A stretch of DNA of 45,407 nt from Trichosphaerium sp. ATCC 40318 (taxonomy: Eukaryota > Protista > Tubulinea): the NCBI GenBank assembly GCA_038496445.1, contig JALMLS010000464.1:1-45407 (forward strand), read 5' to 3'. The notes under the pieces were generated by a model. The model was not told where the DNA came from, searched no databases, and saw only the letters and a list, made by a program, of their open reading frames with translations. A program made the position numbers and the translations under genes. Below are positions 12,173 through 24,282 of this stretch, piece by piece. Every line of letters begins with the position of its first letter. Positions within the stretch are counted from its first letter, which is position 1.

Positions 12173-13552
12173 CTCAGCTTTTGCTTGCAGCGTTGTTTTT
12201 TAGCTTAGGAACGTTGTTGTGAACAGTTTTGGGTTTGAAGTTTTTTTTTTGAAATGAAATTTTTTAATTTTCTACACTTTTTCTGTGCTTAGTTAAACTA
12301 CCCACCATCACTCGCTATGCGCATTTAAACGCTATAGTGGCATTATATTGCTGCTATGTTACTGTTTAGTATTTTTACTTATTTAAACCACACTCTACGC
12401 TTCTAATACTCTTATTACACGCGTATAGATCGCATCTAGCATATTTGCGCAAAGTTTGAACTGTTCTACCTTTAAAAAGCTTACACGTTGTGACCAATAG
12501 TGAAAATACTATTGAAACAACACTCAAGTGTTGTTTTACAAACTTTCACTTGGAATTGTTAACGGCAGACAACCACACCTGAAATCTGCAAGTAAAACGT
12601 GAAGTAGTCACCGTTATCTCCAATTGACACTAGCACTCTAGCGGTGCACATATTACAAGGTTCAGTTATTATTACAGCACATTTTCTTGTGGCTATGCAG
12701 TAGCACTTTACTATCTAAGGTGTCGGTTCTATTGCAATGTTGATAGGGAACTGTAGTACTACTCTTTGTCTTATAAGCGGAGCTTCAGTACAATCAATGA
12801 TAGTGCATTTGGAGCACGTGTTTTACATGAGTGGTACTAGTAATATCCCCGTATTTACAAGTTTGGTACTAGCAAAGTGTGATGAAGCAACTAGCATTCA
12901 TAAGTGTGAATCAGTATAAGTACTAGCAAACTGTGGCGGTAACAACTCCCGCATTTTATTATGCATATTGGCGAGTGAGAGAAGCGTTAGTAAAGAACAA
13001 CAGGACTTATAGTAATGTCGAACTGTGCAATAATAATTGCTTACATAACCGATTTCTTATCGCCTGCAATGAGCAACACAATAATTATAAAGTATTGATT
13101 GGTAGACTAGCTTTAGATTACTTACTATGTAGAAACGCAGTCAGTGCCACCTCCATTCAGAGCGTGATGTCAACACATGAAGCACGCCATACCATCAAAA
13201 GGTAGGTACAAGGGACCATCTGGATAGAGTCCTAACTCAACATTGATAAGGATGTTAAGAAATGGTTTTGGACAGTAGCAAGGATGTAATTTTTGTCGTA
13301 TTGTCTCACCATAAAAGCGAGAAGAATATATTCGAATAAGCCAGAAATTTTTTTTCAATACTTATCTATCCGGCTAGTTTGTACAGCCCTGTACATACAT
13401 GAAAAAGTTTCCTGAGACAGCTGTGGTTGTTGTCTGGGTTTAACACAGTGTTATCACTTTTGTTTGATTGTCTAATGACTGATTTGATGTGTTGCAAAAG
13501 TGGTGTAAACACAAAAACAGTTTTTTGCTAAATGTAGTGATAAACTATTCAT

Positions 13553-14749
13553 TCATTCATATGTTGTGTGAGTACCTAACTTGTTAACAGCTTCATATGT
13601 AACACCTACACACCGGCTAACATGAATAGCATGTACACTTGAAAGCGCTTTGACACCTTCATCTGTAATACAAGTACAATGGGAAAGAGTTATGGTATGG
13701 ACACCTGAAAGTGCTTTTAGTCCTTCATCTGTAATGCCTCTACACCATTCTATAGCAATGTTGTGAACACCTGAAAGTGCTTTGAGTCCTTCATCTGTAA
13801 TTCCTCTACAGTGGGAAAGAGTTATGGTATGGACACCTGAAAGTGCTTTGAGTCCTTCATCTGTAATGCCTCTACACCATTCTATAGTAATGTTGTGAAC
13901 ACCTGAAAGTGCTTTGAGTCCTTCATCTGTAATGCTATAACAAGCATCAAGAGTAATAGTATGAACTCCAGAAAGTGCTTTGAGTCCTACGTCTGTAATG
14001 TGTCTACACTCACTGAGTTTGATGGTGTGAACATCTGAAAGTGATTGGATGCCTTTGTCTGTAATGTAGCAACCACAAACAGTTATTGTATGAACACCTG
14101 ATAGCGCTTTGATACCATCATCTGTGATGTTTTCTGAAAGGTGGATAGTATGAACACCAGCAAGTGCCTTTATGCCTTCATCTGTTATACCTTCACAGCA
14201 TCCAAGATCAATAGTATGAACTCCTGCCAGCACTTTAATACCATCATCTGTAACATTACATTCAAACAGGTCTATTGTATGAACACCAGCAAGTGCCTTT
14301 ATGCCTTCATCTGTTATACCTTTACAGCATCTAAGAGCAATTGTATGAACTCCTGCCAGCACTTTAATACTGTCATCTGTAAAACAGTCTAAAAGGTTTA
14401 TCGTATGAACACCAGCAAATTCTTTGACAATATCAGAGGAGTAACTAACAATTGTGATCTTTGTTTGCTTAAGAGTGCTGGAATGTTTTAAGAGTGCTTT
14501 TGCTTGTGCGATGGTCGAAATAACAACACTTTCATATCCGATGATGTCGTGAATGATTGATGCAAAATAATGACAAGATTGACAAGCCGCAAATCTTGAT
14601 TTTGTTGTTTGCTTCAAAATTAGAGCTAATATCTCTGTAGGGAGTTCTAGAATGTCTGGTTCTCTTCTTTTTTTGATATTAGAACAACAAAATAGACAAT
14701 TTTATTGAATATACCTTTGAGTTACGGTTACTAGGCGTTGTTTTGACAT
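13553..14749 (-). CDS. F-box / leucine-rich-repeat protein, inverted paralogue of 8231-9443
   Basis: Same exon 1/intron layout (exon 1 14749-14715, exon 2 from 14666), near-identical F-box region, and an LRR array with internal 132-nt and 129-nt period duplications. Confidence 0.9.
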
Positions 14750-15218
14750 TGTTAACTCCGGGTATGTTGTTTCGTTGGGTACCAAGTGTAATTGATGTTT
14801 AGGAACGGGAGGAATGGGAATGATATTTACACAGGGAAGAATTACAAGGACCGCCTAAACGCATTGGTATTGTGGTTCTTTTTTTTCTTTCATTAATTTG
14901 CTTTTAGGCTGGTATGCTACTTGTGAAAAGCACACTGATATCGACAGAGGCTAGTACAATATCTTAAGCCAGTAACAAGGATTAGTCAAAATAGATAGCA
15001 CAGGCGCACTTGCCTGAAAATACGGAAAATAATAAAATTTACCAATACTGGTGCAGAATACCACGTGACCAAAATATCGGTTAACCTAAAACAGGTAAAT
15101 TTCAAGAAAATCAAGGCCTTGCAAAATAAGGAGTCGTTGAGTTTTTGAAATATCACGTGGCTATGTTAAAATACCATACAAGTGTAAATGACGTAAATGA
15201 CCCTGATTTTGATTTTAG

Positions 15219-15480
15219 GATATTTGTAATTGCATCAAGACCTGACACTTGTGGCAACAGAACAGAAACAACGAACGTTGGCATGGTGCTTGGTATAACT
15301 TTTGGTGTTCTTTTATTGGTATGTAGTTATCTTGTTTTAAGCTTAGCTTGATCACTATTTTTGACTTGGCACTAGGTGATCATCGGTCTTATTGCCATCT
15401 TCTTTGTTCCAAAGTTGAGACATGCGATTGTACCATACTCATTACGTAAAAACACACTTAAAGTCACCTCTACTGAAAGT
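15219..15480 (+). pseudogene. C-terminal fragment of a single-pass membrane protein (2 exons)
   Basis: IFVIASRPDTCGNRTETTNVGMVLGITFGVLLL|VIIGLIAIFFVPKLRHAIVPY with a GT-AG intron. No convincing upstream exons. Confidence 0.4.
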
Positions 15481-16117
15481 AAATTGTTCTTTTCAATAAA
15501 CGGTAGATACCCTACTTCACTCTCACGTAGGTTGTTGAGAGGTAGTTATTAACATTGCGTTTTACACCGGTTCCTATTTTTAGCTCGTGTTAGGCTATTA
15601 GATGAAATTGTTGGATCAAATACTTTACCAATGTCCATACTTACAATTGCTTTAGGAAGGTAGTTTTCGGTTCAAGTTAACGTAAATGCAAACCACAGAA
15701 GCTTGTACAAAATTGGTGTATTTGTTAATCATACGGAGACTACAGGTCCAACAAACTCTCTACTTTACTATACTCCTTTCACTAGACAGTTACACCAGCT
15801 GAAGTGTTCGCTAGCAGAAGTTCACATTCGATTTGTACTTGTAAGCACAAACATGATCTTATCGTGCCTTTGTGGAGAGCAAGAACTACAATGCATTCAC
15901 CAAATATTTTTGTGAATATAGTCCTTTTTTCCAGCCTGTACGTTGTGGAAACGCTACATCAGTTTTAACATTTTCGTTGAAGAACAATGTGAAATCTTTG
16001 TGATATTATCCTGTAGATGTGAGGAAATCACTCATAACTGCTCTTTGTGCGTTCAATAGAGCATGTCGGGTCTTAAGAAGCATATAGTCCGTAGAATGAT
16101 GTGTTTCTGACGGAATC

Positions 16118-16231
16118 GGGATCTCCCGGCCTTGGATCCCGGTACCTGTCGCATGCAAATCGCTGCCGTCTAGGGGCGCATTTCCGTCGCTTTGCATGCG
16201 GCAGGTACCGGGATCCAAGGCCGGAGAACCA
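16118..16231. repeat. tRNA-Ala-derived palindromic element 1
   Basis: 34-bp inverted arms 16126-16159 and 16191-16224 with 1 mismatch and a 31-nt spacer. Arms match tRNA-Ala 12131-12164 except GATCGAAGC->GATCCAAGG (plus one A->G in the right arm). Confidence 0.9.
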
Positions 16232-17055
16232 AATTGCGAAAGTTGCCGCCAACCAATTTTAGAATCTCGTTGGTACTGAAACTTTATACAACAACGAACT
16301 GTTGTGACTAAAATAGTATTTTGGTGTGCCATTAGCTTAACAGCACTTTTTGAAAAAAGTAAATTTGGCAGTTTTATCACGCTGCTATTAGTAATTTGTT
16401 TTTACTATGATTTGGCGCACACACAATACATTACTCAAAGGGCGTATAAGATGTGATTTTGAGAACAGGCAGTGTTCTTGGTTGGTTCCATGAAGAAAGT
16501 GAAAAAATGCGTTTTATGGCTGAAAGCGGAGCACGAAGAGCTCTACAAAAATATTTTTGAATACTATACACTATCTGATGATATAGACAAGATAGTAGTA
16601 TAGCCATTGCAGAATTACAATCAGGTAACAAACATAGTTGTACAGCTGTATTGTTCAAAACTCGAAATTTGGCCCTTTTTAGGTGGTTTTTTTGGGTGCA
16701 GCCATACCCGCCCTTGTCAAGTGCATTTACGTATACTAACCGGGTACATAATGCAGTATATCGTGTATTCAAGTTGTGTAAGAAAAAGTAGGTGTTAAGC
16801 ATGAGCAAAAATCACTCGTTTTTTTCAAAAGTGTCTAAAAATTAAATTGACTGTTTTACCTTCTCTAAGTACAACCCATATGCTAAAATTAGTCATGATG
16901 TACACATCATTATTCCATAGCACACATGGACAAATTTGCAATTTAAAAACAGTTCTTGTCTCAAAGAAAAACTCAAACTATTAAAACTCATTTTTTCAAA
17001 CAAGTGCCATTAGCCTGATGGTCAAACATCGATTATATTGTTTTTGGTCAGAATC

Positions 17056-17168
17056 TGGATCCCCCGGCCTTGGATCCCGGTGCTATCGCATGCAAGTTGT
17101 ATGCATTTTTCTGTCATTTCAAGCACTTTGCATGCACTTGCACCCAGGATCCAAGGCCAGAGGATCCA
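17056..17168. repeat. tRNA-Ala-derived palindromic element 2 (more diverged)
   Basis: TGGATCCCCCGGCCTTGGATCCCGGTGCTATCGCATGCAA ... TTGCATGCACTTGCACCCAGGATCCAAGGCCAGAGGATCCA. Similar spacer length and the same CATTTC motif position as element 1. Confidence 0.85.
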
Positions 17169-17523
17169 AGTTGTAACTGTGAAAGTCTGAAGTTGTACAG
17201 TTTGTTGAATGAATGGTTAAAAACTCAGGGATGGTATGGGAAACTGAAATAGTAAAAAGTACAAAATTTTTTAAATTCACTGTTTCAAACACAACTTACA
17301 TAATATCAGGAATTTGATTTGTTGATGTTGCTCTACAAGAAGTGTAAAGTGTGAAAATGGGCCCAGAATTTTGCTAAAAACTGTTGCAAATTGGAATGTA
17401 AATACTGAAATATTTCACTTTTTTCTTTTTTTTCATTTCCATACCATCTCTAGGAGTATGCAACCAATTTTAGATACAAGAGGTGGAGCTACTCTTGTAT
17501 CTTTCTTTATATTTCTATCCTTT

Positions 17524-17659
17524 GTACCTGTCGCATGCAAAGCGACCGTGATACCAATTACACCACGCGCCCAGTTCTTGTAATAACAGTAATTACTTTT
17601 TTTTTCCCATTCCAAATTCATTTAAATGATAGGAACACTACCGGCTATAGTTACAACCT
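17524..17659 (-). pseudogene. Truncated tRNA-Ala copy (first 49 nt) plus 87 nt of its upstream flank
   Basis: Reverse complement of 12013-12148, apparently identical. It stops at GTAC after the variable loop; T arm and 3' acceptor strand are absent. Confidence 0.9.
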
Positions 17660-17716
17660 GTTTATTTTTTTTTCCTTTATTTCAAATCTTTTCATTGTGT
17701 ACATGTGTACATACAA

Positions 17717-17993
17717 CAGTACCAATTTCAAAAATGGATTTCAACATGGAAAACATAGGATTCGATTTGAAGGCTACAAAAAAAAAAAACCAAACCTTGC
17801 CTTAAAAAAGTTGTATTGCCAATAAACTAGTAGCATGAAATACTTATAACCCTTTTAATTTTACAATAGAGAAAGACAAGCCAAAAAGACAATCCTACTT
17901 AATTTATATTGATTTCAGGAAAATCACATCAACACGAATTCATAAAAAAATCATATTGAATTCCTAAAAAATCCGTTTTTGAAATTGGTACTG
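17717..17993. mobile_element. MITE-like element, 25-bp TIRs, 3-bp CAA target-site duplication
   Basis: CAGTACCAATTTCAAAAATGGATTT ... AAATCCGTTTTTGAAATTGGTACTG (24/25 match). CAA on both sides (17714-17716, 17994-17996). AT-rich non-coding interior. Confidence 0.8.
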
Positions 17994-18447
17994 CAACAAA
18001 CCAGAAACAGAAAGGCAACATTGTAAAAAAAAACAACCTTTATGAAAAAAAACCAAATAAATTTTATTTAATGGATGTGAGATGTTTGTTCTGTTTTCAA
18101 GCACTTCTTTAATTGATGATAAAAATCTTTGATCTCATCAATAGAAAACTGACAATCTAAGTACTACCTCTCTCAACACTTTCTGCCAAATAAGTAACTT
18201 GGAGTTTCCTTATCATAGCTCTTTGCTAATGCTTTCTTGTAATGTCACTGTGTATGTGTTTTAGCCTTTTGGTTTCGTTTTTTCAGTATGCACAACACAT
18301 TGGTTGTTACAGTTGTACACTATCGTGTTTTGCTTGGACCCATATTTGCCTATTTCACACAGATACCCTCAGGCTCGGAAAGGTGAAACGTACAATTTGC
18401 AAAGGTCTGGATCGATCCAAATTTTTGCAACCTTGGATTTACGTTGT

Positions 18448-20162
18448 TTATGGCATAGTCAGTGATCCTGTAAGTGCAACATGTCTTGTTCTAAATTTTG
18501 ACAACTCTAGTTTACTCCCTGGAAATACTTCTCCTAGACACTGTATCATAAACCTAAACATTAACATCAAACCAAGAAAAAGAAGAAAGAAAAAACAGTT
18601 TTATAAACCAACCAAAACATACTTTTGTCTTCCACGATGAGATAAGAACTTATGCCACTCCCAATTAAACTCAGTGTGTACATGCTGTAGTGCATATGGC
18701 CAATACCTTGTAAGAATTGGTGTAGCACCAAGGCTCATAAGTTCACTCACACGCGTATTATACCTAAAGAAAAAACATACTTAATTTATTTTTTTCGTGA
18801 AAGAATTTAGCGTACCAGCCACTAGCGGTTGTTATATTCAGCTTCTCTTTTACTGAGGTTAAGAACTGGTGTTGGTGTTCTATTTTATGCCAAAAATTCT
18901 TCGGTGGATTACTTGAGGTATGTTGTGAGTATGTATTTTGAAAAAAAAAAACGTACACAAACAACCAAGGTTTCCAAGAGTTTTGTGGATACAAAGCTGC
19001 CAAGCAAGCTGATATAGACCCACCATAGCATCCACTAAAAGTGTAAGAAAATAATTTAGAGTGTATAAAGTGACATACATAGCTGAGAAGCCTCCACGGT
19101 TAATAATTGTTTTAGATGAGATTTTGTACCACTCTGACAAGTCCTTAATCTCTTCTAACTCGGCAATATGTTCTATCATTTCTCTTTGGTTCTTCTTCGA
19201 ATGCCAGTGGTTCTTTGGTACGCTCCTAAGGTATATGTCAGCAAATCAATATTGACAAGTACAACGCCATAAAGTCATTAAAGAAATCTTGTATTTTTTG
19301 TCGTACACAAACTTGAAATCTTGCCACTCGATATGCGGATAAATGTCTTTCAAACCATTCGATAATGATCCAGCATAGTGATTTCTATTGATAACAATAC
19401 GCATTAGAGAAAAACATTTTTGAGGAAGAATTTGCAATTTCTTACGTTATGCCAGCACCTCCGTAGTGAAGAAATTGATGAAAGTAAACTTTATACCAGT
19501 CATCAATGATTTTTACATTACACACCTTTGCGATGTACTCAAATATTTGTTTTCTATTATACCTATCATCCCAACCATTCTTAGGCACTATCCTATAAGC
19601 AACATACATTAAACACGTCGAACAAGAAAGACATCAAAAGCAAAAAAAAAAAGAAAAAAACTTTTGAACAAAAAACACATTAACAGACATACTTGAAGCG
19701 CCATCCTTCCCATCTATAGTCACTATATGCCACTGATAACGCAGCTGTCAAAGAGTCGTTAAAATTCCATCTAAAGGATAAATTAGCGGTAGAAGCTTAA
19801 AATCACGTGATTTTGATCAAAAAACTTCACTTTGTCGTACAAAATATTAGGACCAAGTAACTTGAACAAATCTCTTCCACATACGTTGTACCATTGAGAC
19901 AAGTCTTTAATTTGCATTATTTCTGAAGCGTACTCGAAAATGTCTCTGGGAGACCTTGCAAGTCTATAAAACCCTTAATCGTTACCGGTAGTGTATAAAC
20001 ATACGTTGTATTTGTTGCTCCTCTGGCTGGGTAGGTTTTTGTGCGTTGGCGCAGGCGGTGTATGTGGTTATGCCGTATTTGAGTTGTTGCCGTTTGTTTG
20101 TAGCTAGTTTTAGTTCTAGATGGTACGCTTATTGCATTTGCGGTTGTGAGTTTTGGTATCAT
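18448..20162 (-). CDS. Multi-exon protein with Trp-rich ~60-aa repeats (WY...GG...YP..W..WKF...P.NFW); both ends approximate
   Basis: Exons translate to e.g. LEEIKDLSEWYKISSKTIINRGG, ALYPQNSWKPWLF, PPKNFWHKIEHQHQFL and DIYPHIEWQDFKF, separated by GT-AG introns. Confidence 0.7.
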
Positions 20163-20420
20163 GGTTATTGGTATTGAATTAATAGGTAGAATGTCTTTAA
20201 CGGCGTTCCAAGGTTTTTTGATGATCGTTTGGAGCGTTTATTCAAAAAAAACGATATTGTTCTTTTATAGGCGCTATTATCTTTTAGAATACTCTCGGTA
20301 GTATCGTTTACGAAATTAACCGGGCTAAGAACTATTTAGACTTATTTACAGTTATTTTTTGACCGTTCGCAGTTTACGTTACTACTCGGCCTTCTCAGTT
20401 GTTGGTTCGTATATTGCAAC

Positions 20421-23400
20421 ATGAGTAGACCTGTAAGAGGAGAGTACGTAATTAATTATTCTTTTTATTGGATATGACCCCCTAAATACATCATAGATGC
20501 TCTCCCAGCGAAGTGGAAGGTCCAGGTATTGACCAAACGAAAGTTAATGTTAAAGAGTTGGGTATATTTACAATAACGTTCAAAGGAAGCGATATTGGTA
20601 CACAAGACGTCGTTGTAGCAAAATAGTCTTTTTTTAACCTAAAAACCTACAGGCGCTAGTGAGAAACAGTTAGAAGTATTTATAAAAGGACCAGGTAGCG
20701 TTTAAAGACAATGTAAACGCGGTAGTTCAACTAACTGAAGCTTGTAATAGAAAAGGTTGACGTAGAAATTTTTGACAACGACGACAACTCTTTTGATGTT
20801 GAATGGACGCCACCAGCACTTGGAAAGTATGAAATACACATCAAAGTAAAGAAGAGACATGTGTATATTAGCCCTATCATTATGACAGTTGGTGAAGTTA
20901 CGGATGGTACGCTAGAGCTCTTTTCGTAATACAACAAATTTTTTCCAAGTCAATACTTGTCCATCGATTTGTTAGCGTTTTCTTCTACTGTCGTTGTTAT
21001 TGTTATTCTGTAGCTCACTTGGCGTATAGATGAAGAAGCTTCTGCTATTGAACTCAAAGTAAATGATATTTTAAAGCAAGTACAGGTGTACAATGTGCCT
21101 TTAAAAAGAGATCAAGTTGATAATATTTACAAATTTAATCCTGACATAACAGTACGTTTTATTTTATTATTAATAATCTATTTTTATTATTCTTGGTGCT
21201 GGGGATTATAATTAAATATTGTGCAACGTCATAAACAAACTTACAGCGTTTAGATTACAGAACACTTCGAGAATTTCGCTAAAAAAGAAAATCGAGATTT
21301 CCAAGGTGTTGAAGGTATTGCCACTACCCAACCTGTTTTGGTTTCGTCTTTTGTTCAGCATGGATAATATAGTAACTGTGATTAGGTTCATTCGATGAGA
21401 ATGCCAATTGGACTGGTACAGGGATATTGTACTACTCTGAGAAAGTTGGAAAGAAGAAATATATTGGAGAGTGGAAAGATGGTAAATGGGACGGCGAAGG
21501 TGTTGAGTATTACAAAGATGGCGTACCGTTTTACAAGGTATGTAGATGTTACCTATTTAATTCTACCTACAATCTTGTATTTGGCTTGTTTGTCATCGAG
21601 ACAGATTGACAGACTTGTTTTATTACGAAACGAATAAGATTAGGTTTTTTTACCACGTGATGGCTCGCAATTACTAGAGAATCACTTGTGCTAAAACATG
21701 ATTTGTAGGGACTATTTAAAAACGGGTTGAAACATGGTCAAGGTGTTATGTATTTTCAAGATCGTAGTAAGTGGTATGAAGTACGTGTGATCAATTTAAA
21801 GAATTTTTTTGATACAATAAAAATCACGTGATATCTAACAGGTAACTTCCTTAGGGGGATTTTATTGAAGGAATGTTCCACGGTAATGGTGTGATATTCT
21901 ATCAAGATTCTGGAGCTAAGAAGAGGTTTGCTGGAGCATTTGTGGTAAGTTATTTTGGCCGGAAGCAATGCCTTCTTACTCTTTGCTTAGAAAGGAAAAT
22001 TCGAAGGTGCAGGTGCTAGCTATCAAAAGGATGGATACACGAAAATATACCATGGTGATTTTAAGGATAGTCAGTGGCATGGCAAGGTAATTAGCAGCTT
22101 CGACTTTTTTTTTTTTTTCACATGCTCTTTGAAAGTTTCAGTGTTTGTACTGCAATACGCTTATCTAACGATTGTTTCAAAGGGTAATGAGTACTTCATG
22201 GATGGTACCACAAAATACAGCGGTACTTACGCAAATAATAAACGCCATGGCAAGGGTGTTGCGTACTTTGTTGGCGGTAAGAATAAGTGGTACGAAGGTG
22301 ATTGGAAAGAAGGTCATTGGGATGGTGAAGGTGTAGAATACTACCAAAATACCAAGCGTTGGTATGTAGGTGAACTCAATGCAGGTACGTAACCAACACA
22401 CAAACTTGTTGAAATCGCTGTTTCCGTAGTAGAAGTTTCAGGCGGAAACTTACACAAGTTTTGTTATTCAGGTAAACGTCATGGAAAGGGTGCATTGTTC
22501 TATTATGATGGATCTATTCTGTGGAGCGGTATTTTCAAGGAAGGTGTCCGTGATGAAGAGATGGAGGTTGAGGTTCCAAAAATAGAGCCTATACAAGCAT
22601 CAGAACCACCAAAAATCATAGAAACAACTCCAAGAGGACCACCAAAGACTGAGACTAAACCAACACGTTCGCAATCTACAACACCTCGTGTCTATACACC
22701 AGAACCAGCAAGGAGAGTACCGACTCCTTCTAAAAAGAAGCAAGCCGTTCGACCTCCTGCAAGGAAGAAGTTTGTACAGCGTGCAGGGAGTGCATCTAGA
22801 AAAAAAGCCGGAGGCGTACGTGCTCGTTCGTTGTCTTCTTTTTTTTTTTTGGTAATGTTTTTTGCTTTGATTAGAGACGGCCTGCTGCTTCTGCACCTGT
22901 TAAGAGAGCTGTTCAAAAACCTTTGTCTATTGCTACTAATGAAACCATCTCTGGTGATGGTATGTGGGGAAAACCATTTGTTGCTGGATCTCTACAAGTA
23001 TTTACAATAGATGCCAAAGATGCATCAGGTTAGTTTCCTTTTGTTTTTTTTTCAAAACAGCTCCTCGATTATTCACACTTCTTAATAGGTAAATCTGTGC
23101 CTTTGAAAGAGTCTAGCATTAAAGTTCGTATCCGTGGACCACAAGAAATCTCAACTGACATTTTTGATAATGGCACGTGCCAGATACCATCGTAGTTGCT
23201 TTTTCGGTCGTTTTTCTAATAATATGCGTAGAGGACGGCACTTTTGATATAGAATATACTAAGCCTATTTCCAATGGTTTATTCTTTCTTTCTATCACTC
23301 ATCAAGGTGCACCTGTATTTTGGCCAATAGCCTTTGAAGTGAGAGGTACGAAGAAGCGCATAAAATACTTCCAGACATAAGCACTAACGAAAACTTTTTT

Positions 23401-24282
23401 CAAACAGGTAGCGATGTCGTTCGATTTAATGTTAAGAGGCCTGCTGGTGTAGCAGCACCTCCTCAGGCGTCTACCAAGCCGATACCAAAGCCCGCTGGAC
23501 CAGTAAAGGCTCAACAGGTTGCTGAGACTAAAGTCTCGCCGCTTCCAGTAAAAGCAGTAAAGGATGAGAAGACGTTAACGAGCAAGAGTTCTAGGTCTGG
23601 TATTAAGTCTTCAGACTCTGCTAGAGATAAGAAAGAGTATGCTAAAGAAAAGAAGGAATCAGCAAGAGCTCTTAAACAGAGTAAAGAAGCTGCAAAGATT
23701 GCAGCAAAAGCAAAAAAAAAAGAAGAAGCTGCGGAAGCTAAAAAGAAGAAAAAAGAAGCTAAAGCTTTAAAGAAGGATAAGACACCTAGACAGGATAAAA
23801 AAACACCTAGGGATAAAGATGCAAGCGATGATGTACTCGATGTATCTTTTGAGGAGTCAACACTTTCTGGTGATGGTTTGGTGAGTACTTCAAAGGCGTG
23901 ACAGTAATGATTGAAATTAACTTTTTTTTTTCTAGGACGAAGACAAGGTTAAAGTCCAAGAGCAGAATGTCTTTATCATTCAAATCAATGACCAACTTGG
24001 CAACCCTTTTAAAGTATCAGAGTATAAGCTCGATGTTGAGATTAAAGGACCAAGATATGCTCGTAAGAGTATAGACGACAAGGGTACGAGCAGCGGCCAG
24101 CGATTTTGTTTGAACTTTTTTTTTTGACATATTTTTTTAAAGGTGAAGGAAAGTTTGAGGTTACTTGGAAACCTAAGGTGGAAGGTGCTTATAAAGTATC
24201 TGTTGTTGCACGTAAGAAGATGTCACGTGAAAAGGGGCACATAAACGGATCTCCATTTACCGTTAACGTGCCAAAGTCTTAA
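20421..24282 (+). CDS. Filamin-type Ig repeat + MORN repeat protein with Pro-rich and Lys-rich linkers
   Basis: Three filamin-like repeats (VEGPGI...FDVEWTPPALGKYEIHI; DGTFDIEYTKP...; FEVTWKPKVEGAYKVSV...HINGSPFTVNV) flank a MORN array (YIGEWKDGKWDGEGVEYY, YEGDWKEGHWDGEG). Many short introns. Confidence 0.85.

Noticed and set aside
11970-12173. Short ORFs sharing DPGTCRMQSD-like peptides (also 16006..16380; related 17535..17825)
   Set aside because: These are translations of tRNA-Ala antisense sequence, not proteins.
16173-16231. D-armless tRNA formed by GGGGCGC plus the right arm of palindrome 1
   Set aside because: The acceptor strands do not pair and the T-loop/B-box is mutated.
17450-17502. 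Helitron 3' end (hairpin followed by CTAG on the minus strand)
   Set aside because: CTAG is followed by A rather than T, the spacing is long, and no matching 5' end or Rep/helicase is visible.
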